Shown in pieces: positions 27,862 to 44,129 of a stretch of 64,000 nucleotides of DNA. The stretch is from the human T2T-CHM13v2.0 reference genome, Homo sapiens. The notes under the pieces were generated by a model. That model made no database searches. It was given only the letters and a program-made list of their open reading frames with translations, and had not been told where the DNA came from. How positions within the stretch are numbered: the first letter of the stretch is position 1; each line of letters begins with the position of its first letter. Position numbers and translations under genes: made by a program. The stretch lies in the NCBI RefSeq assembly GCF_009914755.1, contig NC_060928.1, one strand, 5' to 3'.

Positions 27862-28730
27862 CCAAGAAGTTACATAATACAAATTACCAATATAATGCAT
27901 GTCATTTCATATACAATGTTCATTAACTAATTAAAAATTATTTTTCAACAGAGCATTAATTAAAATTTATTCATATTACCAATATAATAGCAATAGCATA
28001 ACTGAAATTAATATATGTATTGAAATAATTTTAAAATCCTCTATTTCTGGTTTCAGACATTTTGGCTATTAAATGGGAATATTCCAATTTATCTCTTTCA
28101 AGTCAATTATTTCTCAATTTTATAAATCTTCCAAATAAGCAAAAGCAACCACAACCATAAGAGCAAGAATATGGCTACACTTATAAAGTATTTTCTTTTT
28201 TCAATAATTTTTAAAGGCAAGTTTGAAAGCTTTAGTTGCTTGCAAGTTATCAGTGATGGGATCAAAATGTAAGCATAAAAATTTGGAAAGCATTAAATAT
28301 AATGGGAATTAGAGATAGATTGTCATGCTGATTTACTGAAAATAAATTATTTTACAAGAGTTTTAAAAACATGGAAAAAGGGTAAGTAAAGTGAGATGAT
28401 GGACATGTTTATTTACTTCATTATGGTAGTCTTTTAACTAAGTATTTGTATCCCAAAATATCACTTCACATACCTTCAATAGACAAAACAAAATTTATTT
28501 AAAGACTAATATTTGATGAGATCTCATCCTAAAAGACCCTCATAACTGTGCTGAAAATTAGTCAGTGCTGTAATAATGTTCATGCTTCTTTCCTTCAACT
28601 TTGTTCTCAGTCTTCCTTATCATCTTCCTGTTACCATCTTCAGCAATTCCTCTTATTTCACTTTTTGGCTATTTTAAAATGTATGTACTATCCTAAAATC
28701 TCTGACAAATGTTTCCACTAAAACCACCAA
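27862..28730. repeat. Segmental duplication (paralog of 1-930), UGT2 intron 5 sequence
   Basis: caagaagttacataatacaaa..ccaata.aatgcatgtcatttcatatac through ttccactaaaaccaccaaa is colinear in both places. Confidence 0.95.
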
Positions 28731-28752
28731 AAAAACAGATTGTGATACTCAC

Positions 28753-28861
28753 AGTGGTTTATTGACAATTGTCTTTAAGCATTACCAAAAAAAAAGTACT
28801 CAGTGCTGTGTTCCTGTTTAAAGTCACTGCTGCTTCCTTGGCCTTCATGTGAGAAGTTATC
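28753..28861 (-). pseudogene. 3' half of a UGT2 exon 5 with an intact donor
   Basis: GATAAC..CAC ATG AAG GCC AAG GAA GCA GCA GTG ACT TTA AAC (HMKAKEAAVTLNRNTALST..NA/LKTIVNKPL)|GTGAGT. Confidence 0.88.
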
Positions 28862-28895
28862 AACACATGCTATGTAGTTAAAAAAATACATTCAT

Positions 28896-29114
28896 GAAGA
28901 GTCATTAATGACTGCTTTTCATGCATTGATCAAATCTATAGTTGACATTGTTTTTGAGTCTACTCTAACAGCTTATGCCTTAGCCTTCATGTGAGCAAAC
29001 TTATCAGGTTAATTTACAAACAAAGAAGGCCCACCACAGGGATCCCATGGTAGATCCTCTCATAGGTGCCATTGGCTCCACCATGAGGTATAAAAGCTTT
29101 GGTTTTTAGATGAC
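28896..29114 (-). pseudogene. Full-length degenerate UGT2B exon 5 (part of the UGT signature region)
   Basis: Acceptor AATCCTAG|GT CAT, then [69 protein letters not shown]. 219 bp with a 1-bp deletion and three stops; donor reads AT. Confidence 0.95.
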
Positions 29115-29668
29115 CTAGGATTACATAAATTTTTGAATAATTATTTGTGGTGAGTCTTAGAATTAAAATGAGCAATGCTCAATATGAGGCAATGAAATGG
29201 GCAGTGTTCTCTAGATAACAAATTACTGCAACAGTAAAACTGCATTAAAATTACTTTCAGATCTCAAGAAAGAAGCACCAAGTTCTCTGGGGCAATAAGT
29301 GAAGGCTACACATTGAAGAAGTGGTATGTGACTTGAGACTTGAAGAATGAGTACAATATTGTCAAGTGGACAAATAGAAAGAGCACACTGTGGATAAAGA
29401 AAACTGCATATCCCCTACTATAGCCCCCCAAAAAGCAGGATGCATGCTAGAACATCTACTTGCTATCTGAGTTGTAAAAGTAACTCCACATTTGCATCAA
29501 AAATATTAGTATAGATGATTACAAGAATGCTATACAGGATATAAAACTAAAAACTGCTTTACAAATATTCAAATATCAAAGTTGTGATGTACATATTAGA
29601 AAGCTAGTTATTACTATATTTTATGGTGGAAGGAGCATCTGAACCTCTCTTCCTGCCTGGCTTCCTTC

Positions 29669-30274
29669 TGCCCGGTATGCGATGCTCTTTTAGTTTAGCA
29701 GTCCATAGATGGCTTGTGTTAGTCAGCTCAGTTAGACACCTGCCTTATCACAGGAAAAAAGGGCTTTCTATATCAGGGGTTCTTGCCTTGGTTTATCAGA
29801 AGAATGGGATTGTCGTGCGCTTGAAGAATGAGTGCAAGGTTTTATTGAGTAGAAGTAGTTCTCAGCAGATGGGGGAGCCAGCAGGCAGACGGATTTCCCC
29901 TAGAGTAGGGCTGCTGAGCAGCCTGACTCTTCTTCAATTGCCCCAGCCAAACTCCGCATTGTTCTGCCAGTTGATGGCCTGCCTGCGTGCTCCCCTGGAT
30001 GTCCTTTTGATGTCCAGCCACTTGTTTCTTCTTCTGCTAATCCACTCGTTTTGACGTCCAGCCACTTGTGTGCTTGCCTGCTAGAGTCTCAGGAGTTTTA
30101 TAGGCATATGATGGGGGTGTGGCAAGGCAGAGTGATCTTGGGAAATGCAACATTTGGGTGTGAAAGCAGGAGTGCCTGTCCTCACCTAGGTCCCTGGGCA
30201 CAAGCCAAGGGTGGAGCCCTTGCCAGGGACCCACCCTTCTCCTCCCTGCAGTTCCCTGCCCCTCTTCCATATCA
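29669..30274 (-). mobile_element. ERV1 solo LTR (LTR9-like)
   Basis: Minus strand TGATATGGAAGAGGGGCAGGGAA...GGGCA with TATAAAA and AATAAA; absent from the paralogous site near 2575. Confidence 0.7.
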
Positions 30275-30334
30275 TTTCTTTCTCCTCTTCCTCCTCCTCA
30301 TCCTCCTTCTTCTTCTGAGAAAGAGAGAGAAAGA

Positions 30335-30637
30335 GAGAGGGAGAGAGAGAGGGTCACATTGTGTTTCTGAAGTTGGAATGCAGTGAAGCAGTGGTGCAAT
30401 CATAGCTCACTTCAACCTTAAACTACTGGGCTCAATCAATTCTCCTGCCTCAGCCTCCTGACTAACTAACCCTACAGGCATTTCACCTCAATGTCCTGCT
30501 TTTTTTTTTTTTTTTTTTAAAGAAATGGGCTCTCTCTAAGTCATCTAGCTTTGTCTCAAACTCCTGGGCTCAGGGGATTCTCCCACTTAGGCCTCACAAA
30601 GTGCTGGTATTATAGGCATGAGCCACTGTGCCTGGCC
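30335..30637 (-). mobile_element. AluJ-type SINE (same insertion as 2590-2845)
   Basis: Antisense Alu with shared flank and the shared variant aaccttaaact.ctgggctc.atcaat. Confidence 0.8.
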
Positions 30638-31460
30638 TTGACTCCTGCTTATATCCCCCTTCTTTCTCAGATGGGAGGTAGCATCAATATAGGTGTTAGA
30701 AGCAAAGTCGTTTTGGGGAAATGTTTTATACTGTACAGGATCAACTTTAGACTCTCCTTTCTGTTACTTCTTTCTTTCAGACATTGGCAAAGTCCAGTCA
30801 CCAAAGCAGTTTGGTTTTTCTATTTTGCTAAATATACTTGGCTGAGTGGGTACTTAGACTCAAGAAAGGTGAGCCTTGGGTTTCCATTCTCTGAATAGCC
30901 CTCTGAACAACATACTGAATAGGCCTATTTCAAAATTAGGGTAAGTAAAACGGCCCAGGTTACATGGAAAGCCTAAACTCCATGATACGTTTCAGATTTT
31001 TTTCAATACCTACTTCTTGTTATTGTGCTAGTGAAGTTACCCATTAATACATAACTTCTTTCTGATAACATTTATAACATTTGTAGTGTGTATTCTTCAG
31101 TCATCCTGTAAACAAAAGTACTAAATGACAGGGCAGAATTTGTTGATATCTGTTACCTGCCTCCAATATCATGATAATATCAAAATGCCACACTACACCT
31201 CCTCATTACCATTCTTTTTTGTTCTTATAAATTCAAGTTATCATTTGGTGTCATTCATTTTTTTTCCAAATTATAGTTTATAACTATTCATATTAAGCAG
31301 AATTTCCATATCATCCACAATGTTATTACAGTAACTGAAACACAAAGAAATAAGAGATGGGTGGGGATGCTCATGGTGTGTGACCTGATATACTCTAAAG
31401 TTTCTCTCTTTTTGTTTGCATCTCCCACAGGCAAGTATCAGTTCTCTCTCTCTCTCTCTC

Positions 31461-31711
<251 letters not shown>

Positions 31712-32856
31712 TTGGTTCAGGTTTTGAAGGAGAGTAGACTATCCAAGATTCATTTATTGTTAGATGTATTTTCCAAAGTGTGAAAAACAGGAGTAAATTC
31801 AATAATGAATATCTGCAATCCAAAACTATTTAATACAATCAAGAATATCTTTCTTATTTATTATCCCAAACATCCCAGTTGCCTCCTTTTAAAAATTTCT
31901 TTCAAGTATTAAAACACAATTAATTCTACCTTATTAATTATCTCAAAAGCAAAAATAAATATGTACCATTCAGCATACAAAGTTACACAGTAAAAATGAA
32001 AGTGTGTATATACATATTATGTATATATATATATCTTTGCTAATTGACCCACTCATTAAATTTACATTTGGTCATACTTACTCTTAACATGTACATATAA
32101 ATGTAGGTCACTGTAAATTAAAAAAAAACTAGTTCCACACAATACATGCTTTCTTCATGATATTTAAACCTCATTCAATTCTCATATATTGTAAACTTAG
32201 ATAAACCCACAGTTTATTGGACAGTTAACATACAAGACAAACATCACAATTTTCACTAAAAATCTGGGCCAACTCATTGTTTATTTGCCCCTTGAAATAA
32301 AAAATAAATTAGAATTGAAGCAGTGTATTGCTGTAACTTACTTGGAAGGTAAGTAGGTTCTCTCATATTTATAGAACTTAGATTGAAGACATTACTGGTA
32401 AACTCCAATACGAGTGCTTTTAAAGAGAATTTAATCTTAAACCTTGAGACAGCGTAGGACAAACCCTATAAAATTCAGTTTTATTTTTCAAAATAAAAGA
32501 TCCTTTTGAAACTTAATATCTTCACTTATCAATATTACTGCATTATAAAGCTAGTTTATATAATCCTGCATAGCATTGGTCAAAATGACAAGGCACAATA
32601 AAAAAATTAAAACATTATATGAACAAGAGAAGTCATTGAAAATAATTTAAGGCCTTGAAGTGATTTAATCAGTCTAACTTAAACCTGAAAAATAAACCAT
32701 TAATTATCCACCTGAAATTCAAGAAATATGCTTTTTAAGCTTCTGTTCTGTGGACCAAATAACAGAAACAACTCTTTCTTATGGTTTATGTATTAGAATC
32801 CTTCTGGACTTGAATGACTAAAAGTCAATTCCATTTTTCAATTGTTCATGGAAGAT

Positions 32857-34716
<1,860 letters not shown>

Positions 34717-34718
34717 TT

Positions 34719-34761
<43 letters not shown>

Positions 34762-34770
34762 TTCATTTAT
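34717..34770. repeat. (TTTA)n tetranucleotide repeat
   Basis: Directly visible in the sequence. Confidence 0.95.
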
Positions 34771-34774
34771 TCAC

Positions 34775-35706
34775 CTTGAGATAAAACCCCCATCTCCCTG
34801 GGACAGAGAGCACCTGGGGGAAGGGGTGGCTGTGGGCACAACTTCAATATTTAAATGTCCCTGCCTGATGGCTCTGAAGAGACCAGTGGACCTCTCAGCA
34901 CAGTGTTCGAGCTCTGCTAAGGGTCAGACTGCCTCCTGAAGTGGGTCGCTGATTCCTGTGTATCCTTACTGAGAGATACTTCCCAATAGGGGCTGAAAGA
35001 TGCCTCATCCACGAGAGCTCTGACTGACATCTGGCAGGTGGCCCTCTGGGATGAAGCTTTCAAAGGAAAGAACAGGCAGAAAACTTTGCTGTTCTGCAGC
35101 CTCCTCTGGTGATATCTAGCCAAACAGGGTCAGGAGTGGACCTCCAGCAAACTCCAGCAGACCTGCAGCAGAGGGGCCTGACAATTAGAAATAAAAGTAA
35201 CAAACAGAAAAGAATAGCATGTCCACTCAAAGACCCCATCTGAAGGTCACCAACATCAAAGACAAAAGGTAGATAAATCCACAAAGATGGGGAGAAGCCA
35301 GTGTAAAAAGGCTGAAAATTCCAAAAGCCAGAATGCCTCTTCTCCTACAAAGGATCACAACTTGCCAGCAAGGGAACAAAACTGGATAGAGAATGAGTTT
35401 GATAGGCTTCAGAAGATGGGTGATAACAAACTCCTCCAAGCTAAAGGAGCATGTTGTAATCCAATGCAAGGAAGCTAAGAACCTTGAAAAGAGGTTAGAT
35501 GAATTTCTAACTAGAATAACCAGTGTTTGACTTCTTCCTGGTTTAAGCTTGGGAAAGTGTACGTGTCCAGGAATTTATCAATTTGTTCTAAATTTTCTAG
35601 TTTATTTGCGTACAGGTGTTTATAGTATTCTCTGATGGCAGTTTGTATTTCTGTGGGATCAGTGGTGATATCCCCCATATCATTTTTTATTGCGTCTATT
35701 TGATTC
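34775..35706 (+). mobile_element. L1PA 5'UTR/ORF1 fragment (+, to ~35526) joined to an inverted ORF2 fragment (-, ~35527-35706)
   Basis: ORF 35287 MGRSQCKKAENSKSQNAS.. is the ORF1p N-terminus; ORF 35511-35717(-) [38 protein letters not shown] is ORF2p. Confidence 0.9.
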
Positions 35707-35709
35707 TGC

Positions 35710-38215
35710 CAATTCATAGCACATACAGCATTCTGGAGAACTTTGGCCCAGCCATGAAAAGTACTGTTACCTAGCTGACACTGTAACTATAACTTCTAAA
35801 GGCCATTTCACTATAGTACAAAGGCAGTTGCTTCAGGAGAATGAGGAACATGGTAAAACCAGTAAATTTCATGAGCATGAGCTCATTGTTGCACTTCTTT
35901 GTCAGTAAAGCCAGTTCCTTAGTCAGAAACAATACTGTGTGGAAGACCATGATAGAGAATTAGGCATCCAGTAAATTTATAGATGGTAGTTTTGACAGAT
36001 GTATATGTTCAGAGAAGATAAATCCATATTCAAAATAAGTATGTATTCCAGTAAGAAAAAAATGCAGCTCCTTCTATGATGGAGGTGGTCTAAGGTAATC
36101 AATCTGCCACTGGGAAGCTGGTTGATTATCTTGGAGAATGATGCCATATCAGGGGCTTAGCATGGCTCTCTGTTCCTGCATATTGGGCACACAGTGGTGG
36201 CTTTAGCCAGGTTGAACTTAGTGAGTGAAAGATTATGTTGCTTAACCCATGCATAACTTCCATCAATGCCATCATAGCCACTTTGCTCATGAGCCCATTG
36301 GGTGATAACAGGGGTAGCTGAGGAAAGAGTCTGACCCCAGATCTACAGGAGGGGTCATCCCATCCACTTTATTATTAAAATTTTCTTCTAGTGATGTCAT
36401 TCTTTGAAGAACATTCACATGACTCACAAATGTCTTCATATATTTTGCCCCCTCAAAGAGGTTTATCCAGATAGTTTTTCCTTAATTTTCTTCATCATCA
36501 ATCCTATAATCCCTCACAAATCCTTAACCTTCCAGCCTAATCATTGGCTACATCCCAATGTACTATATTAAATGCAGAATCTCTACTTAATGAGACCACA
36601 TATATTAATTTGGTGTCATCAAACTTCGTGTCTCTTCTATTGTTATTCCCACACCCTTATTATCCATTTTCACATATGTTTACCCGATTTCTGATTATAT
36701 AAATTAGAACACTCAGGTGTTTCTTTCAGAGTGCAGTGCACCTCCTCATGGGTGATATCTTGAATCTCCCTTTAGGGACCTGCTGAGACTTAAGTCTAGT
36801 TATAGGTTTAGAAACCAAAAGGGGTCGTTAGGATAGGTCCTGAGGAAAATCAGCCTTGCTTCACCTGCCAACTGCTTCAGGAGAGGCCATTACTGTTACT
36901 TCCGGCAATGCAGTTACGTTGACATAGGTGGAAAAACCGATGACACTGTGGGAATGGGTGAGGAATGACACTGTCATTGAGGTGGGAGGTCACTTGCCTA
37001 GGCAAAGAACAAACGAACAAACAAACAAAATTACTCAAACATTAGGCTAAATGTCCCTAGCTTCATGAGGGTCCTCCCATAGATCCCCATTTCAACTTAC
37101 AGGGTCCCATTCTTTCTCAATCAATGCCCTCATTTTAACAGCAGACTCCCAGTGAGGTTGAAAATCCATCTTTTCTATACGTCAGCTAATTAAATGACTA
37201 GGGTTTCTCTTTGATTTTCAGCCATTTCATCCCTATGGCTAAAGGAGAGATGCTTCTCCTTTAGGGAACATGTAGAAATGCTTAGGCTATATCCATTTTC
37301 AGCTAAGAATTTGAATCTCTGAGCTCATCCTTTTCTTTCAACATTGTCCAGCAATGTTAGCAACAAACCAACATCATTATATTTATTGGTTTTCCACAAA
37401 TTTCTGAAAGTATCATGTATAGTGTCACAAAATACCCTGCCTCTTGTAAGTGGTAAATTAGGTGTATAAAATGCATTTTTTAGCATATCTTTATAAACAG
37501 CTTAGGCCAAAAACTATCTATGGTCTCTGTATTATCGGAAGTAGGGTTCTTAGGACTTTTAGGTCTAATCAGATTATACAGCCAATTCCAGAAACCCCAA
37601 CAACAATTAAGGAAATTCATCCTTAAAATTCCGTTCCTCTAGAATGACTCCTGGTACCAAAATCTGTATTAGTCAGGGTTCTCCAGAAGGACAGAAACAA
37701 TAGAATATAAATGAAAAGAATTTTTAGGAAAATTGGCTCAGAAGATCAATAAAGTGAAGTCTTAAAACAAGCTATCTGCCAGCTGGAGAACCACAGACAC
37801 TAAAAGCCTGGCTTAGTCAAAGTATAGATCCAGGAAACCAGACAGTGAAGTCCCCGGTTTGAGACCAAAGTCCTGATCGCCTGCAGCGGGCCACTGGTTT
37901 AAGTCGCGGGATCCAGAAGATGAAGATCCTAGAGTCTTATATCCAAAGGAAAAAATGAGAAAAAAGATGTTCCACTGTGGAATAAAGAGAGAGGAGCAAA
38001 GGCATGAGCAGAGTGTTGCCCTTTTTCCACCTGCTTTGTCGTGGTGGGACCCCAGCCAATTGAATGGTGCCTGCCCACATTGAGGGTGGGTTTTCCTTTC
38101 TCAGTCCACTAATTCTCATGTCAATCTCCTCTGCAAATATCTTCACAGACACACTCAGAAACAATGCTTCATCAGCCATCCAGGCATCCCTCAATCCGGT
38201 CAAGTTGACACCATC
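35710..38215 (-). mobile_element. ERV-L: MLT2 5' LTR (37665-38215), Leu-type primer binding site and internally deleted HERVL internal region
   Basis: Minus strand ...GAACCCTGACTAATACA GATTTTGGTACCAGGAGT (LTR end plus PBS), followed by decayed gag-like and pol-like sequence. Confidence 0.85.
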
Positions 38216-38669
38216 AAATTTAGTATATTGTGAAAATTAGTAGTAATCATTCAAATTTTTAAAAAATGTTTAAGTGAAAGTTTTAAGTCCTTGTAAACCA
38301 TGGTTTAAGTGACGGTAAACGAAGCACAATCATCAGTTTTATTTAATGTGAAACTGAATATTGTGTTAAAGGAAAGTAGGCTATTCACAGGTTGGCTGGG
38401 TAGCGATAAATATGGAGAAACTGGTTAGAGAACTTTCTATGTCCCAAGATGTAATTATTACCACTATTTTGAAAACTAACATGATCATGAAACTAACAAA
38501 AACTGATATTCAAGAAGAATATAATGCTGAGGATGGAAGAAAGTACTTAAGAAAGAAAGGTAAATGATGATATTTGTTTTACTGACTGAGCTTTAAAAGA
38601 AGATTTTAAATATTTAAAAGAATATTCTAAAAAGGAGTGCTTAGAAAGTACAATAATTACAGTTTATAA

Positions 38670-38975
<306 letters not shown>

Positions 38976-41900
38976 TGAATTTTTTTTCTATGCCACCAGT
39001 GCCCCAGCTTATACTGAGTGAGGCAAAACTGGAGAGGTTTGTGGCGTTGAAGAAAGAGAAGTGTTGTCAGAGTTAGAAAGTCATATTTACAAAGAATATC
39101 TAAAAATTAAGAAGAAATTTACTCAGTATGTGAATTAAACTAATATATGTTTCATAGTGTACTTTAAAAGAATCACACTGATTATGGGAATATATTTTGA
39201 ATACATATGTTGGCATCAGGTGCAGAAGGTGTTCAGGAAAGTGTATAGAGGGACTGGTTGAGACAGCTTTAGACAGTAAGATGCTCACCATATGCAAAAG
39301 AATTGCTACAAGACATGAGTAAAAGCTTCCTAATCAGTTTAGGGGAATTTATGAGGTGAGAGACCATACCTTAAATTAGTCAGATTGGTGTATGTCCCAA
39401 CGCACTAAGCAAGGGAAGAAGAAGAATGTGGATATGGACATTAATGGGTATTCACTCATTCTCCCAGATGACTATATATTAAATATATTAGACAGTGAAG
39501 ACTGGAAATGAGGACAAGTGTAGCCTGGATTTAAAGGTTAGTAAAATTATTTCCAGATGTGGTGGAATTATTTTCTAAGCTATAAAGAACACCATTCTAA
39601 TGGTGATCCATTAAACATTAACACATGGATCAACTTCTTAGAATTTCTGCTTGAAATGTTAACTTCATACAATATAGTAAATGGTCACATATCACTGTTC
39701 CTGTTATCTTTACTGGGGGCTGGAAAAAATGGGAAGAACTGGGCCTCCAGACTTTTCTTGGATGCCTCATTGTCAAATGTTAATAAAGAGCACAGTGGGA
39801 CTTTGTGTTTTCTATTTTTGATGGTGCCCAAATGGTCTGTACTTTCAGATGTATTGCACATTTACATTCTCAATAAAGTATATTAATGATAAAAGACTTG
39901 TAACATGGAGAATAACTCAAGGAGAAAGTCTTTTATTAGTTTTCTGTTGCTGCATTACAAACTACCTCATTTCTTAATATCTTAAAAAAAAAACTGTTTA
40001 ACTCATGGTTTCATGGTTCTTCTCACAATTTTGATCTAGGCTAGTATAGCTGATCTCAGCAGGTCCTGCCCACTTTCAGGTGCATATGAAACTATAGGAA
40101 CCTGGCTGATCCTAAAAGCCGTTAGTTGCATGCTTTGCATTTGCCTGAGCCGTGTCTTTGTAGGTATATGTCATGTGGGTGTCTCTCATCATCACAATGT
40201 GTAACTGTAGTACAAGTGCTAATAGGAAAGTCTCATACACTAAAGTAAACAACATTAAGCATACTATATTTATGTAATAAATGTATGATTGTGCACCATA
40301 TGTCCTACTGGAAACAATTTTTAAAATTCTCAAACTACTGCCTTTCAATTTAAGACTCTACTGGGCTACATAATTTAAAGAAATTTAGAAATTTCTCTCA
40401 TGAAAAAATATACATTTCGTGAAAAATATCCATACACGTTAAATAAATATGAAGAGTGTTTTAATAGGCCCCAGATTTTTAGGACAGTCCAGATTACACC
40501 TTTTCTGCTTGAGTCACTTTAATGATGCCTCAAAAATTGGATAATTTTAACATTCCACATGAAACTTTGTAATAAATTATATATATCGCACATATTTTAC
40601 ATACATATAACTTTATATAAAAACTTTAAAAATAGTAAATATACAGATAATTTCTGATATTAGAGATTACCAGTGTTAGTTTCTGCCTTCTTTATACTTT
40701 ATACTTCATGTTTCATACATATCAGTTATGCCGTTTTCACATATATCTTTATATTTCTAAAATTTACATTTTTATTTTGTTTTCATTCTTACTCTAATAA
40801 ACTCTCACCAAATCTGTACTCTTTGTCTACGATCGACTCACTTTCACTTTTGTACACTCAACTTTACTAGTTACTCCTGGTGTATGCAATTCATGTAAAG
40901 TATGTAAAATCAAAACAACATTTTACATTTATCATACTTTATGTAGAAATTAGGTCATATGTTCTCAATCTTTGCATAAAGGATGTGTGGTGATATATTC
41001 AAACTCTGATAATACATGTTATAGCAATATATTATTATTATAATCCAGTTAGCATTATGAAGTAACATGAGGGCCTATAATATGCCTTTTAAAGATTCCT
41101 AATTATGGCACGATGACAAATTCTAACTCTAGTCAAATGAAAATAATTTCATTATACAGCAAATTTTGTGAATAAAAGTTTAGTTGATAATAACATAGAT
41201 CCCATCTTATTTTGAGAGCTCAATAGCAGGTACCTATAATCTCTAAAAATGCTTGGTGTGAGAATAAAAAAGAATACTGTACAGAAACTAAAGAAAGAAA
41301 AGCTTTTTCTTCTGGCTAACAACATAAACTTTAACATCTGTCTGTATATAACAATCAACCTCAAGTATAAACTACTTACAAAGTTGAAAAAATTTGACTT
41401 GGACTAAGAAATATGAGGTAAATTCAATAAATGATAAAAAATAAAAAGCAAAAATCTTATCAGATCAGACATAATTCAGGCCAAAGTATTAATCAAGAAA
41501 ATGAAAAATTTTATATTTTTAAACATACACTTAACAAAAAATAAAAATAATTATACATATGCACCAATACCTACATTTTTAGAGCACTCTTAGGCTTCTC
41601 ACATTTTTAAACATAAAACTTCTCATATTTTCAAAAATAAAACAGGTTTCTTTGGGAACAGATTTGGAGCTATGTGTTTATGGCTTGACTCTCCTGGTGC
41701 AGTTAAGTCTTGACCTTGGCTATACAGCTGGGGACAGAGACAGTGACACACTTCTTTCTGAGCAACATTCATGCCTTAAGAGTAAGGCTCTGACCTTTAT
41801 TCTTACTTTTCCTCTCCCATCATGGTAACTTCATCCTATGAATGAGCTGGGGCAGTGATTATTTGGTACTCAATATTCTCTGTGCCATTCTTGAGTTAAA

Positions 41901-42448
41901 CCTCTGAGTTATGACTGTGGTTAGATGAAAGATGGGAGACCCTTCTTAGCCACACTTGTCTGGAGGAATTTAGCTCTTGCAGCATATGCCTTAGTGTGTG
42001 TAGATAAGAAATTCAGAGAGACATCTCTCCTCAACAGCATACTCTGGCCCTCAACTGGAAGCTTTGGGGAGTGGGAAGCCTGTGGTGGTGTCAGCATCTC
42101 CCTGGAGCAAAGGTAGTTTCTGTCACAGTGAATTACGAGGGTGGGCAAGTGAGCATGTTGTGGTTTAAATGCCAAAGACTCTCACTGTTTTCACCACAAA
42201 TTAGTGTATTTTCTTCAGTACATGTTACTTTGTTTGTTGTATGCCTTCAGGGTTATTTCCAGAGGCATCGACTGGTTGTTTTAGAAAACAATTTTCACTA
42301 GTTATCACTGTTTCCCTTGAAATTTGCTCCATGGAACTTCTAATTCTACCATTTTTGAAGGGGCTGGTACAAATTTTTTTTGTAAAGTATCTCCACCTTC
42401 TGCATATATTTAGGAAAAATTAAGCCAACAATCAAGGAGAAAAAAACA

Positions 42449-43515
42449 TTTTTTCTTTAAACTTTTATTATAAGTTCAGGGATACATGTGCAGTTTGGTT
42501 ACATAGGTAAACTTGTGTCATGGGGGTTTGTTGTACATATTATTTCATCATCAGGTAGTAAACCTAAAACCCATGACTTATATTTATTTATCCTTATTCT
42601 CTCTCTCCTCCCACCCTCTACCCTCTATTAGGTCTGTTGTTTCTCTCTATGTGTTGATGTATTCTCATTATTTAGCTCCCAATTATAAGTGAGAACATGT
42701 GGTATTTCATTTTCTGCTCCTGTATTAGTTTGCTAAGAATCATGGCATCTAGTTCTATCCATGTTTCCACAAAGGACATGACCTCATTTGTTTTCATGGC
42801 TGCATAGTATTCCACAGTATATATGTACCACATTTTCTTTGTCCAGTCTATCAGTTATGGGCATTTAGATTGATTCTGTGTCATTGCTATTGTGAATAGT
42901 GCTTCAATGAACATACATATGCAGCTGTCTTTATGATAGAATGATATCTATTCTATTGGGTATATACCCAGGGATGCAATTGGTGGATTTAATGGTAGTT
43001 CTCCTTTTAGGCCTTCAAGGAATCACCACACTCAGTTTTCCATAGTGGTTGAGCTAATGTACACTCCTATCAACAATGTATAGGCACTCATTTTTCTCTG
43101 CAACCTCACCAGTACCTGGTGTGAGATTGTATTCTGACTGGTGTAAGATGGAATATCACTGTGGTTTTGACATGCATTTCTCTAATGATCAGTAACATTG
43201 AGCTTTTTTTTCATATTTCATATGCTTGTTGGTTAGGCTCTACCATTCTAGAGATAGAAATGGGCTAAGTTTTCATAATGAAGACAGCAAAATCAATTAT
43301 AACAAAAGCAAAAATTAACAAATGGGATTCAATCAAACTAAAGAGATTCTGTACAACAAAGGAAATTATCAACAGAGTAAACAGACAACCATAGAATGGG
43401 AGAAAATGTTTGCTAACTATGCATCTGACAAAGGTCTAATATCCAGCATCTATAAGAAATTTAAACACATTCACAAGAAGAAACAACTTCATTAAAACTT
43501 GGGCAAAGGACATAA
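42449..43515 (-). mobile_element. L1P element with a 5' inversion (antisense 3' part to ~43233, sense part ~43235-43515)
   Basis: T-rich tail plus agttcagggatacatgtgcag 3' end; orientation flips at ...atgcttgttggtt|aggctctaccattc. Confidence 0.85.
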
Positions 43516-44129
43516 AAAGTAAATTTTTACATACTAGAATATTGCAATTTAAGAACAAATGGGACACGTGAAAATTAAGAAAAAAAAATTTAGTTGAAAA
43601 TGATATTGCTGTATACCTTTTAAAAAAATCTCCTAATATACTACAGGATGATTTTAACAGACAGTTCGAGGTTACCAGGCTATGGGCTGCTTGAATGGCA
43701 AGTGACTGTCTAATGTGTATACACATCCTTTTAGGTTGGTGACAGTTTTGGAGCTAGATTGCAATGGTAGTTACACAATACTGTGAATGCCACTGAATTG
43801 TTCACTTTTAAATAGTTAAAATGTACATATTATTTTATGTGATTCTTACCTCAAATATTAAAAAAACATGTGGTTGGCCAGAGTTTGCCCAGAGGCACTG
43901 ATTTGTTATCCTTTGATTAATTAAATTACAATAAATGTAATTCCTACATATTTAAAAATAGCAAATGCTGTTATTTTTATCATTTACATTTGAAACATTT
44001 ACATTTTAAAAAATATGTGAAGTAATTTAGGTAAGGACTCATATCATTGTGGAAATTTTTCTGTCTATTTAATAATTATTATAATTAATGCAAATTTATT
44101 TTGCTACATACAGCAACTGTAGAGCTTTA

